A stretch of 41,895 bases of DNA from Lenisia limosa (taxonomy: Eukaryota > Protista > Breviatea), in assembly GCA_001655205.1 (NCBI GenBank), contig LPNZ01011243.1, positions 1 through 41,895 on the forward strand, given 5' to 3'. Below are positions 1-10,805 of this stretch, one piece after another (within the stretch, counting starts at the first letter, position 1; the number at the start of each line of letters is the position of its first letter). The notes beneath the pieces are model-generated. The model saw nothing but the letters and a program-made list of their open reading frames with translations, was not told the DNA's origin and searched no databases. The position numbers were made by a program, and so were the translations under genes.

Positions 1-51
1 ACCCAATCATTTGCCTTACAACTCTGTGCACACAGCTTTCTGCGTGCCTCC
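1..51 (-). repeat. Dispersed ~51-bp repeat, copy A (cut by window edge)
   Basis: Reverse complement GGAGGCACGCAGAAAGCTGTGTGCACAGAGTTGTAAGGCAAATGATTGGGT matches 35295-35345 (+) at 47/51 positions. Confidence 0.85.
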
Positions 52-60
52 CCAGCATAT

Positions 61-300
61 GATATCATATATATATATATATATATATATACATATCATA
101 GTATACATATCATCGATATACATATAATTACATATGCCATATACCATACTACTTTATTATGTATATGATATATTATATATATGATACATATCATATGATA
201 TTTATAGATATGATAGGTATAATTATTTGATATGCATATTATACATGTATTATCTCTGATATCTATATCGATATAGTATGATATTGAGTTATACTCCAAA
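61..300. repeat. (TA)n-rich low-complexity tract, probably intronic
   Basis: Degenerate TA/TATG/TATC repeats; the 96-299 ORF (I/Y/M-rich) is a by-product. Confidence 0.85.
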
Positions 301-306
301 ACTCCA

Positions 307-1817
307 TTATACTGGGTTCATAGTTTGACCACACAATTTGCCATCAATACCTTCTGTCTCGGTCATTTTGAGGAGCTTGAATATGATACCAAGAGTGTTA
401 CAATCCAGAAGATTGATATCACCAGTTGCTGGCAGCTTGGAAATAACATAATCCGCACAGACGGAGAGCAGCCTTCTTCTGATCTGTGGAGTTAAGACAG
501 AAGAGAGTAGCCAATTAAGTTCTATGTGAAACAACCAGCTCACAATAACATCTGAAAACGAGAGTAACACATCCGAAGCAAGGGACACTTCACACTCAAT
601 AAACCTTTCCAGGACCTCAGCAAGTTCAGTAAGTGATTCACATCTCTCCATCTAAATTGTCATCAAAGATTAAAGAACGAAATGCAGTAATAAAAGCTGA
701 AACCCACTTCAGTGGTCATGAGGTTACAAACGGCGGTGTAGACGGCTTGTTCAAGCTCAGAATACTGCGGTACTGGTGCACTAGCAATTATTTCACGTCC
801 TGCAAAGTTATTTCTTCCATCAGCAGACTAAAGGTTGTGGCAAGTGTCGTCAACGTTTTGCCTGATAGGCTCGGAGCACCACGGTCAATTGTCAAATAGG
901 CTTGGACAAACTTGTCAATGACATCTGCAGAAATAGGAGACAAGAGGGTTTGCCTCCATTTGAGCTCCAAAATCTAAAAAAAAAAGTCAATACATCACAT
1001 TTCACTTCTCGCTCTATTTGCGCCCTTGGCCCACTGATTTGACTGGCTGACATCCAGCAAAGGGAATGTACCAACGGTTGAGATAACTAAACAGTTTGGT
1101 CAATATTTTCATTTTCTAATGTTTTAGTGGCAGTGGTACACTGAGAATAATATATACATGGAAATGAGAAGGTGCTTATTCGAGAGGGAGAAAAGAGTAG
1201 AATAAAGTTAATGCTTCCCCCACCAACTTGAAAAGGCTGTCCAACACTTGGATTGCTTTTGCTGCTTTTGACCACTCATCTGGAGAATGATTAATATGGC
1301 ATTCCGTGAACTGAGAAGAAGAAGAAAAATATAACAAACACAAAACACAAAAAGGTAAGTTGTACTCAAAGTGTCTGTTGAGTAGTGAATCAAAAATCCA
1401 AATCGCCAACCAGCAAGAACATTAATGATGTTCGAACTTGATTCAATTATTATATTCGAATCTGAGCAGTACTGCTGAAAGACGCTGACCAAACGATCAT
1501 AGAGCTCGGAGCTCACAGAAGACCCTAAATTACATCGAGGAAACAAAAAAAAAATACCTGATGAAGACCACGCAATAGCGTCATGAACACACCTATATTG
1601 TTAATTTTGTGTGTTTGTATCTTAGCTTCAGGATATCCTCAGGCAATAACAAAGGAAAGTCCCACATACGAATAAGCGGAAACATAAGACTCGACAGAGA
1701 CATGTTCGGTTTGTAGGACTGACTCAATCACAGGAAAAAGTTTATCCCTAGGTTAGAAAAAGAAAAAGAATACCAAGCTTCATCAATAGAAAGTGGACTG
1801 CCTCCTGTCGAAGCCAT
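307..1817 (-). CDS. Divergent cullin-family protein, N-terminal cullin repeats (multi-exon, likely continues off the left edge)
   Basis: Spliced start MASTGGSPLSIDEAWDKLFPVIESVLQTEHVSVESYVSAYS resembles the first cullin helix; later exons SSELYDRLVSVFQQYC, LKWRQTLLSPISADVIDKFVQAYLTIDRG and IRRRLLSVCADYVISK...LLDCNTLGIIFKLL follow cullin-repeat order. ATG at 1817-1815. No C-terminal cullin/Nedd8 domain visible. Confidence 0.55.
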
Positions 1818-2112
1818 TGCTAAAATAGAAGTTCCTGGCTGTCTCTTGGTTTACAAACCAATTACAAACAAAAAACAATTCTACACAATTAATAAATGAT
1901 AAAAAAGAGTTTAATGATGACTGAAAGGCACAGGATGGGCAAATTTTGGCAAAAACACAATGATGTGTGATTGCTTTTGATTATTATTATTGAAGGAGGG
2001 GGATTTTTTCAAGTTTTGCTCTTTTCGAACGCTAATTCACCTATTTTTGTCGTATATTTTAGCCTATTGATCATTTAATATCAAATGGAAGACATATTAG
2101 CTTGAATTTAGT

Positions 2113-5100
2113 ATGTACAACAACCAGTTAAAGCGCGAGAAGCGAAAGGGTGAGGATGAGGAGAGTGAGCGAAAGAGAAGGAAAGAAGAACGGCTTTTAG
2201 AGCTTGAGGTAAGGGAAATGGTTTCGAGTTCTTTTCTGCCTGCTCTTCTAATCGAGTTTCAGAAGAATCCTTCTCCTGAAGTTCGTAAGTACGGTTCTAC
2301 ACAAAAATGCGACGATGATGAAGGTCATTTAATCATAAAACCAGGAGACTACATTACCCATGAATGTAGGTCTCTTCTTCTTCCTTCCCACTCCTATTTA
2401 TCTTCTATTATCCAGCATTTTCATTTTTCCTGTGTTAATTTTTCTAGATAAAGTCATGGGTCAAATTGGAGAAGGTGAGTGATATTGTGTCGATTGCTTT
2501 GGCGCCCTTTCATAGCTGTTCTCCCAGGCCTTATTTTTTTACAACTAATTTTCTTTAGGAACCTTTGGAAGGGTTGTTGAGTGTTGGCAAAGGTCAACAA
2601 CTCAGCGTGTCGCCATCAAGGTCATTAGAAATGTGCCAAGATATCGCGAGGCAGCAAAGTGGGTTCATATGAAATATCCCAGCACGTCTAAAGTTATTTC
2701 CACAAGTCTCTCTCTTTAATTTAAGGGTTTTTGAAACAAATGAAGCGGTTTCCGAATGTGTCTCTTCGTCAATCTCAGGCACCTTTACTTTAAACAATGC
2801 AGGATTGAGATCACTATTGTTGAATTTCTTATGAAGTATGACAAAGCGCAAGAATGGTGAGTGACCTATTTAACACTCAGGTGTTATTATCAAAGGAATA
2901 TAGTTTTCTTTTCCGCGTTTTCGTGGCATTATAAAACATCTTAGGCATTGCATTCGACTGCTCGATCGATTTGACTTCCGAAACCATGTTTGTATGGTAT
3001 TTCCACTCTACGGACTATCTATTTACGACTTCCTCCGAACTAACAAATTCCGGTGAGATATGGGAATGTAAGGTAATCTCTTCTGTTTGATTGCTTCGGC
3101 TTGATTATTGATCTTTTTCATTCAACATTGGCTTCAGTGTTTTATTAGCCAGCCCCTTCCGTCCCGATGACGTTCGCGTCTTTGCGCTCCAACTCACCCG
3201 CGCCACCAGATGTGGGTGTTACTTGACTGTTTCTTACTGAGTTCATTTTTTAGTTATGCACAAACTTCGCCTTATCCACACCGACCTCAAACCTGAAAAC
3301 ATTCTTCTTGAACAGTCCAATTACCGATACGTTTGTTGGGTCAAAAATTCTTGTCTCTCGTCTCTTGTGTGTCTCACAAATGATTTTTGATCAAGTGAAG
3401 CTCTCCAATGTTAACTCTTTAGGATGACAGTGATGGACGACATACGAGAATACCCCTTCTCAAAACACTGAAGGTTGGACAAACTTCTGCGATAAATTGT
3501 ATAATTGCCGTATTGAAAAACATGAGTCTCCCATGTAACTAATTGTGTTTTTGTGTTTTATCTTTTTCCAACCTTTTTATTTATGCAAAGTAATATTCGC
3601 CTTTCGCATAACAGTCCCAGGTTATTGATTTCGGTTCTGCCACATTTGAATACGCCTACCATACTTCCATTGTTTCAACTCGACACTACAGAGCACCTGA
3701 AGTCATTTTAGGTAATTCTTTGGGATAGTGTATGGCTTTGTTTTGAAAGATTCCTTTATTGTGGTGCTTTAAACGATGCCTACATTATTGACCTCCAAGG
3801 CCAAGACTGGTCATACCCGTGTGATATCTGGTCAATAGGGTGCATCTTGGTGGAACTCGTGACTGGGCGGCCGATCTTCAACACCCATGAAAATCTTGAA
3901 CATGTCTGCTTGAGTGGTCTCTTCCTGTTACACCAATCTCTTGTTCTCCGTGCCTTTAATGACCCTTTAGTTGCATATGATGGAGAAGTACCTTGGGCCC
4001 ATCCCCCTTGAATTCAAAAAGAAGTCTAAGTATGAGGGGGGGATTGTCTTTATACTACACTGTGAAATACGTTTGTTGTTTTTATTTGAGTTTAAGAATA
4101 ATAATATAATCTAAGATAACTAATAATTTTGCTTGATTTTGATTAAGCAAAGCTAAAGAAATGTGATAAACTGTATTCATAACACATTTCCCGAATTATC
4201 GTTAGCATTACACTTGGAGGGTGATGCTCATAATTATACCGTCCAGTGAGACCACATAAAGAGTATTTTGTACAAGGAATTCCGTGGTTTTTCTAATATA
4301 TTTACTATCATTGGTGAATGTGAACCGTTGTTCCCCACTCCTTACTGTTTAGTCCCGTGTTGACAAAGTACTTTGACGATAAATGGAACCTCAAACCCGT
4401 AACTTCAAAATCCGGCCAATCCAGAATCGATGCTATTGTTCCGCTCAAGGTATGAACTCGACCTCGTCAACATTGTTTATTCTACTTTTGTTCTCGTTTT
4501 GACAATACAGAATATGAAGTACGACCCTCTGTTTGTAGACGTAGTGTCGAAAATGCTGTGTTTTTGGTAAGCATTTGAGTTTAATAGGCAAAGAGATGGT
4601 TATCATACTACATCGATATAGAGATATAGAACAATAATAATAATATACATAGGGGGGGGGGGGGGNNNNNNNNNNNNNNNNNNNNNNNNNNNNNNNNNNN
4701 NNNNNNNNNNNNNNNNNNNNNNNNNNNNNNNNNNNNNNNNNNNNNNNNNNNNNNNNNNNNNNNNNNNNNNNNNNNNNNNNNNNNNATCCTTCACCATGAC
4801 TACTTCGGCTGTGTTGTGGCCAATTCAATGGACGAATTACTTATTGGTCTACAGCAAAAGGAAATCGAAGAAGTTGGACCCATCCCAAAGGTTGGTGGAC
4901 ATACATATGATACAGTTTATACCCTGACGTGCTGATTTTTCAGGAATTCTTGATGAAGAAGACGGAGTCCCAATAAATCCTCTTGTTCAACCCCCTGTAT
5001 TTTTGTGTTTTCTTGCCAGTGCCATTATTATGTATCATCAATGGTTTAGTAAATTGGGCTATTACTTCAAAGCAATCTTGAGAAAATAGGAACCAGCCTT

Positions 5101-5116
5101 AGGTGTAAATCCTTGA
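2113..5116 (+). CDS. CLK: CLK/LAMMER dual-specificity kinase (multi-exon, one gap at 4666-4786)
   Basis: Spliced motifs [142 protein letters not shown]. Predicted stop TGA 5114-5116. Confidence 0.95.
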
Positions 5117-5352
5117 ACCCAGCGCGAACCTCCGAAGAACACAAGGGACCCAGGAAATGATGGCCGAACCGGGACTACTGTCAAAAAAAAACATCACAAT
5201 CATCAATCTCAAAAAACCACAATCCAAAACCAACCCCTCCCCTTTTTTTTAATACTCTTATACTCCAACCAACAAAGTATTTCTCCAGTACATTGAGTTT
5301 ATATGTAGAGGAGAGTGTGAAGGATCAAGAATAGGAGTTCTATAGTGTCGTA

Positions 5353-8300
5353 ATGTCTGCACGAAGGAGAGTCTCGTTTAATGAGATCCCCGTTGGACCA
5401 ACGCGCATCAACCAGCGCGAGAGGGAGAGGGAAAGAGAACGGCAAAGGGAGATCGAGAGGGAACAGGTTTGCTGCTCAGAAATCGCCTTTGACTGCTTTC
5501 TGTGCTCATATGTTTGTAATTTAGTATATTAACATAATACTATGGGTTTTTTTTTGTCACTTTCTACTCTTTTGAACAATAACGTTTGCTCTTCTTTATT
5601 GTCTTAGAAGAAGAAAGCCCCACCTGTCAATCCCCTTCTGAGTCTTGTTGGAGGTGATGAAAGTGAACCGCCAACACCAAAGAAGAAAAGTACGAGTGGT
5701 GGTGGATATTTTTAATCTGAAAACTAGATGGACGGTTAACGTTCTTAGAAGTGCTAAAAGTTATGGCTGGCCTCCTTGGGTCGGACTCAGACTCCGATGA
5801 CGACAATTCTGAAGATGATGCTGAAGATGACACCCCCGAAGACGTCCCAGAGAAACGGCCATCGCCTGTCTTCTTTCAGCATGCCATTGGTGGGGATGTG
5901 GGGTTTAACGTTTGTTCTGACTTGTCGTTTCTATTATTATCAAAAGTGTATTCATACCCCCCCTATCTTAGCACTAGTGCACCCCCCAATGTATCAAAGC
6001 ATAACCAGTTTACTATTCAGGCCTGGACTCGGTGCAGAAGACAACGTCCATTCTCAAGCCTCCCTCCTCTGACATCCTGATTGACCACTCGCTCATGACC
6101 GACATGACCGGAAACGATGCCGCTGAATACACTCTCAGCTCGGTTTGGGTGGGGCATTCTAATGAGCTAATAGTAGTGGTATTTGCCTCTGATAGGTCTG
6201 CAGAATATCAAGTTCCGCTCTGAACAACATGAACAACAAGAACAAGGGCCAGCTATCTCCGAGCCATCACCATCCCCGTCACCACCACCCGAGGAGGCCC
6301 GTCCTCCACCTGTTGTTGCTACCCCTACACAAGAGCCTGTCCAGGTTAGCACCTTCAATCGGACTTTTTTTACCAAAGAGGAGTTCAGAAGGTTATGGAT
6401 GGACCAGGTTTTTTCTACGTTTCCACATGTTATCGATAAATACTGGAACTGAGTATCTGACAAAGCAGGTTCGATTTGTTGCGCCATCTTCCGCAGGTCC
6501 GCCCACTTCATTCGCCCGGCCCGATATGCCACGTGCTGAACAGTCGAAACTGGAGAAAACTATGAGGTAAGCAAAATACGGGTTGGTACCGCTGTGATAA
6601 TCAGGTTACATGTGTGCTACATGCCATCAGAGAATCATAGAGAAGATATGTACATGTATATGAGCAAGGGGCCTCAGATCTGGGAATTTTTTTGATGATG
6701 ATTTTTTTCGGAGATCGACTTTTTTAGATTTGTCAAAGATACAGAGATCTGTCGGAGATCTAGCTCGTGGACAATACAAAAACATTTTTGACACTTTTGG
6801 AGTCCGATAGTCGGGAGACCTATCAGAGATCTGGGGATCTTCAACATATCGAATGCTATATCACATTTCATCCGTACGATCTCATGTGTTTAGGGATGAG
6901 GCTTCTTCAGGAATTGTTGAGAAAGTTGAAAGCTCTTCTGGTTTGTGGATACACTTCAAATATTTTAATATAATATACTAATATGATCAGGGGTGTTTTC
7001 TCTTTGGAAAGCACAACCAAATGGATTGTGCAGTGTCATTTTCATGCTAAAATCGACAATGTAGGAAAGTGGGACCATCTTGGAGGAGCATCGACAACTG
7101 TTATCCTTCCGCTGAGTATAGAGGATGAAGCAGACGAGAAAGAAGAGAGTGACGAAGAAGAAAAGCCCATTGCAATGCCATTGGACAGGTATACATATAG
7201 TAGTACTATATATGAATGGTTCATCTTGTTTCCTTTTTATTGGCAACTTGCACTCTGTGCAGACAGTAAATGATTAACAGACTACTATCAATATCTAAAT
7301 ATCATCGAAAAACAGTATATCATATGATATTTCTTTACCATTGCCTCAGGGTTACTGAAGCTTTTGTCACGGGTATTGACGTGATGTTGACACGTTACCC
7401 TCATGAGGACCAAGCATGGGGTGCATCCAGTGACACCGAGGATGAAACTTCTTCACGCAAATGTTGGTTGTTCTGTGAAACTAAATGATATGATATATGT
7501 TTTATTTTGTTGTTTGCTTTGTCATGAATTGCAAACGTCTCAATATTGTTATAAACGGACTAAGCTCCAATATCCTCACTCACCCCACCCCCTCCCCAGC
7601 CGTGGTATCTGAGAAAGACGACACTGCCAGCCTGGAGGAGCTTGTGGCTGAAGTCCGGTCCGGCATGGACTTCGCCCTTCATTCGCTGACAGCCACCATC
7701 TCCCTGGCCGACCGGCTTGGGGGCAAGGAAAAGGTCGAGGCCGACAAGAAGGCCGCCGAACAAAAGGCCCGCGTGGCAGCCCTCAACAAACAGCGCTCTA
7801 AGATGCTCCAAGATGCGAGAAAGGTGGGGATCTTGCTGGGACCGGGTGCTGGACATCTTTGTGTTTCCCTTTGAATGCAGACTGAAAGCGTCAACTTCAG
7901 CTGTGGTGCGACCTTTATCTCAAGGAGTGGTTGAAAGCGCTTTGGGAGGGGCTTTTATTCAGAGGGGGAGACCACCGTTGTACGTTTCTTTATATGAGTG
8001 ATATTGTGGATTCATGCTTTTATTGAAGAAAGTGGACAGAGTCACAAGAGGTATGTAGTGCGGTATCATATTTCGACTGTTTTTCTCCATCAAATGTCAA
8101 GGGAAAATAATGATTCAGCTTCTTAACATATGACACACACTGTCACTTTTCTCATTTTTTAACTTACTCTCAGAAGATCTCATCTTTTATTTTCTTCACA
8201 CATTCAGATTGTCCAACAAGCAGCAAAGCAAGACACCCTTACCCCCACCCCATTCCTACCCCTCGACCCATCCACCCGATCCTCCGACGAACGGATCAGT

Positions 8301-10429
8301 TCTAGCTCAAGGTCTTCGAAGAGGTCGTCAAGCTCGTCGTCTAGGTCGAGATCCAGCTCAAGGTAGACTCGGTCTGGTTTTTGACTTGATATAACTCTAC
8401 ATATATGAATTTATATCAAGTCTGGTCTGGTTTTTGACCCATTAAGCTTCTCGGCCTTCCATTTATGTTTCTTCCTTTTTTATTCAGCAGTGGACGGTCA
8501 TCATCAAGTCGGAGCAGCCGGCGGCATTCGGAGAAGGACTCAGAAGAAAGGTCGTCAAGATCAAAGTCATCACACAGTAGGAGTAGTAGCAAGGGAAATA
8601 GTAGTAGGAGTTCAAGGATTAAAAGGCCAAGGTCTTCATCCAGGTCCAAGTCCCCGGGTTCAAAAAAAAGAAGCAGAAATGAAGATGACAATGCTGAGAT
8701 TGTTGAAGAAGTTATCGTGGAGACCAAGGAGGAAGAAGTCATAGACGTTGAGGAAGGAGAGGTAACTGAAGATGAAAGTGAAGAGAAAAACGAAGTGGAG
8801 GTTGAGGAAAAAAGGGGTGAAGGGGATGGTGAAACTGAATTGAAAAAAGAGGTAAAACCTGAAGAAACAGAGGAGGAGAGAAGGCCAAGAGAAGTTGTGG
8901 AAGAGGTTGAAGTGAAAACGGAGAAACCTGTGTTGAACCTGTTTGGAGGATGTGACAGTGAAGAAGAAGAAGAAGAAGAGAAAAAGAAAGACTTGAAAGA
9001 AACGACTGAGGTAGTTGAGACCAAGGAAGAGAAGAGAGACAACAAAGAAGAAAGGGAAATGAAAGACCATGATTTATCAGTTGAGGCCTTGAAAGAGGAA
9101 GGTGAAGTTGACGAATCAGCGGAGATCTATTCCGAGCTTTCGAAGCTGGAAAAGGCTTTTGACGATGGAGAGTTTGGAGCTGAGCCCGCGCCACCAGTAC
9201 CGATTGAGCCATCAAGATTGGACAAGACTTGTGTTTGGGAGTGCATTGAGTGTCCGTTGCTCCCAACGGGGGTGTGGGTTCAATACCAGAAGAAGCAGGA
9301 GGAAAAACGTGAGAAAGCCGGCAATGAAGTTGATGAGTTCACAGCAATGTTAGAGAAGACTGAGAATGGTGAAGCAAGTGAGGAGAAGCAAGGAAAATGG
9401 GTGTCAGAAGATCAGTTAGAGTTTGAGGAAGCCCAAAGCAACAGGTTCTTGCCTAATTTGGCAGTAGAAGAAATCAAACTACGCGCTCGTATTGAGGTGA
9501 GGTTGGAGTAAGCTTTGTTTAAGGTAGTTCAGTCCTTTTTTTGATTTTGGAAAAAATAAAACTACCCGGCGGAATTCCGAAGGCTCATTGTAATTACTTA
9601 CTTTGACTATTTTTTTCCAAGATCAAAAAAAGGATTGAACCACCTTAAGTCATTCGACTATTCTCATTGCCTTAGGATTGGGAGGAAGGAGCGTTGGCAC
9701 CAGCTTACCTTCGGAACACTCTTCAACGAACATCTGGGACAATTATCGACGTTTTGAAGGCGGCCAGTGAGGGGGGGATTTATCTTAATATTTGAAGGAC
9801 TCCAACTCTATTCTCTCCCTCTTTCTCATAATCTATATTTTACAGACAGCGATTGGGGTTTTCGTTTTTCATCTGCACTGACTTACTTAGATTTACGTTT
9901 GCCCTACAATTGGACAGAAAAAGGAACCGCGTCAATGACGGAGTCTGCGAAGCCTCCACCCCCAGGTTGGGCTATACCTCCTCATTTATCACCCTGCAGA
10001 AGAACTCAATAAGATCTTTATCTTCCCCGAAGTAATTGAGAAGTCTGCTGAAATGTTCCCCCCCGCCCACCCCAAAAACAAAACCGAAGACGCGGCTGAG
10101 TCTGAACAGTGGGTATTGAGGCCTTACACCATTTGCTCTTGGATTGTGTTGCAATCAAGGTTCCTTTCCTTGTAATACTGTATGTTCTCACCCATATTAG
10201 AGATATCACGTCGCAAGCATTTTATTCGGTGTTTGACCAGAACTACAACGCCTACTATTACCTTAACAGATTTACTGTAAGTGGGCGTTCCATATTATGT
10301 CTCTTCTTTAAACAACCATTTTTATTTTGCACCTTCCTCATGTATCACTCATCATTTCAGGGAGACGTGTCATGGACTCCGCCAACATCTGATGAGGTAT
10401 GTTTTTTGGCTCCCAAGCTAATGCGTTAA
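5353..10429 (+). CDS. Large low-complexity protein: N-terminal RVxF motif, central RS-rich and Glu-rich regions, C-terminal WW domain (may be two genes)
   Basis: A phase-consistent exon chain can be built from MSARRRVSFNEIP (ATG 5353) through SSRSSKRSSSSSSRSRSSS, the 8465-9496 E-rich exon and DWEEGALAPAYLR to FYSVFDQNYNAYYYLNRFTGDVSWTPP (WW-like). 3' end uncertain, near the gap at 10585. Confidence 0.6.
9523..9644. mobile_element. 122-bp MITE-like element with ~40-bp TIRs and TTAA target-site duplication, in an intron
   Basis: TTAA(9519-9522)|GGTAGTTCAGTCCTTTTTTTGATTTTGGAAAAAATA ... TATTTTTTTCCAAGATCAAAAAAAGGATTGAACCACC|TTAA(9645-9648); arms are reverse complements with 3 substitutions and a 1-nt homopolymer difference. 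Lies in intron 9497-9675. Confidence 0.8.
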
Positions 10430-10805
10430 AGCACGATGAACTGGCCTCTAATTGGATTGTTTCCAGACCAGTTTTTTTAACGAAATCATTCCATAATTTA
10501 GTCAAGAAAAGCAATCCTAACATTCTGAGGTTTCATTTTGATTTAGCGTCTGCTTTGCTAATCATTGCTCATTACCCCCCCCCCNNNNNNNNNNNNNNNN
10601 NNNNNNNNNNNNNNNNNNNNNNNNNNNNNNNNNNNNNNNNNNNNNNNNNNNNNNNNNNNNNNNNNNNNNNNNNNNNNNNNNNNNNNNNNNNNCAACAAAG
10701 CATTGATCTCGTTTCCTTTTCTATTTCTTGTTCTATTAGTTCTATGAGTATTGTATTTCTGGTTTTATCTGAATTGGGAATTAAATTAGTGTATCTACCA
10801 TGGGG

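Noticed and set aside
96-299. 67-aa ORF
   Set aside because: Translation of a (TA)n tract with no coding features.
8416-9266. Long minus-strand ORFs (209, 175, 136 aa)
   Set aside because: S/F/L-rich antisense shadows of the Glu-rich plus-strand exon.
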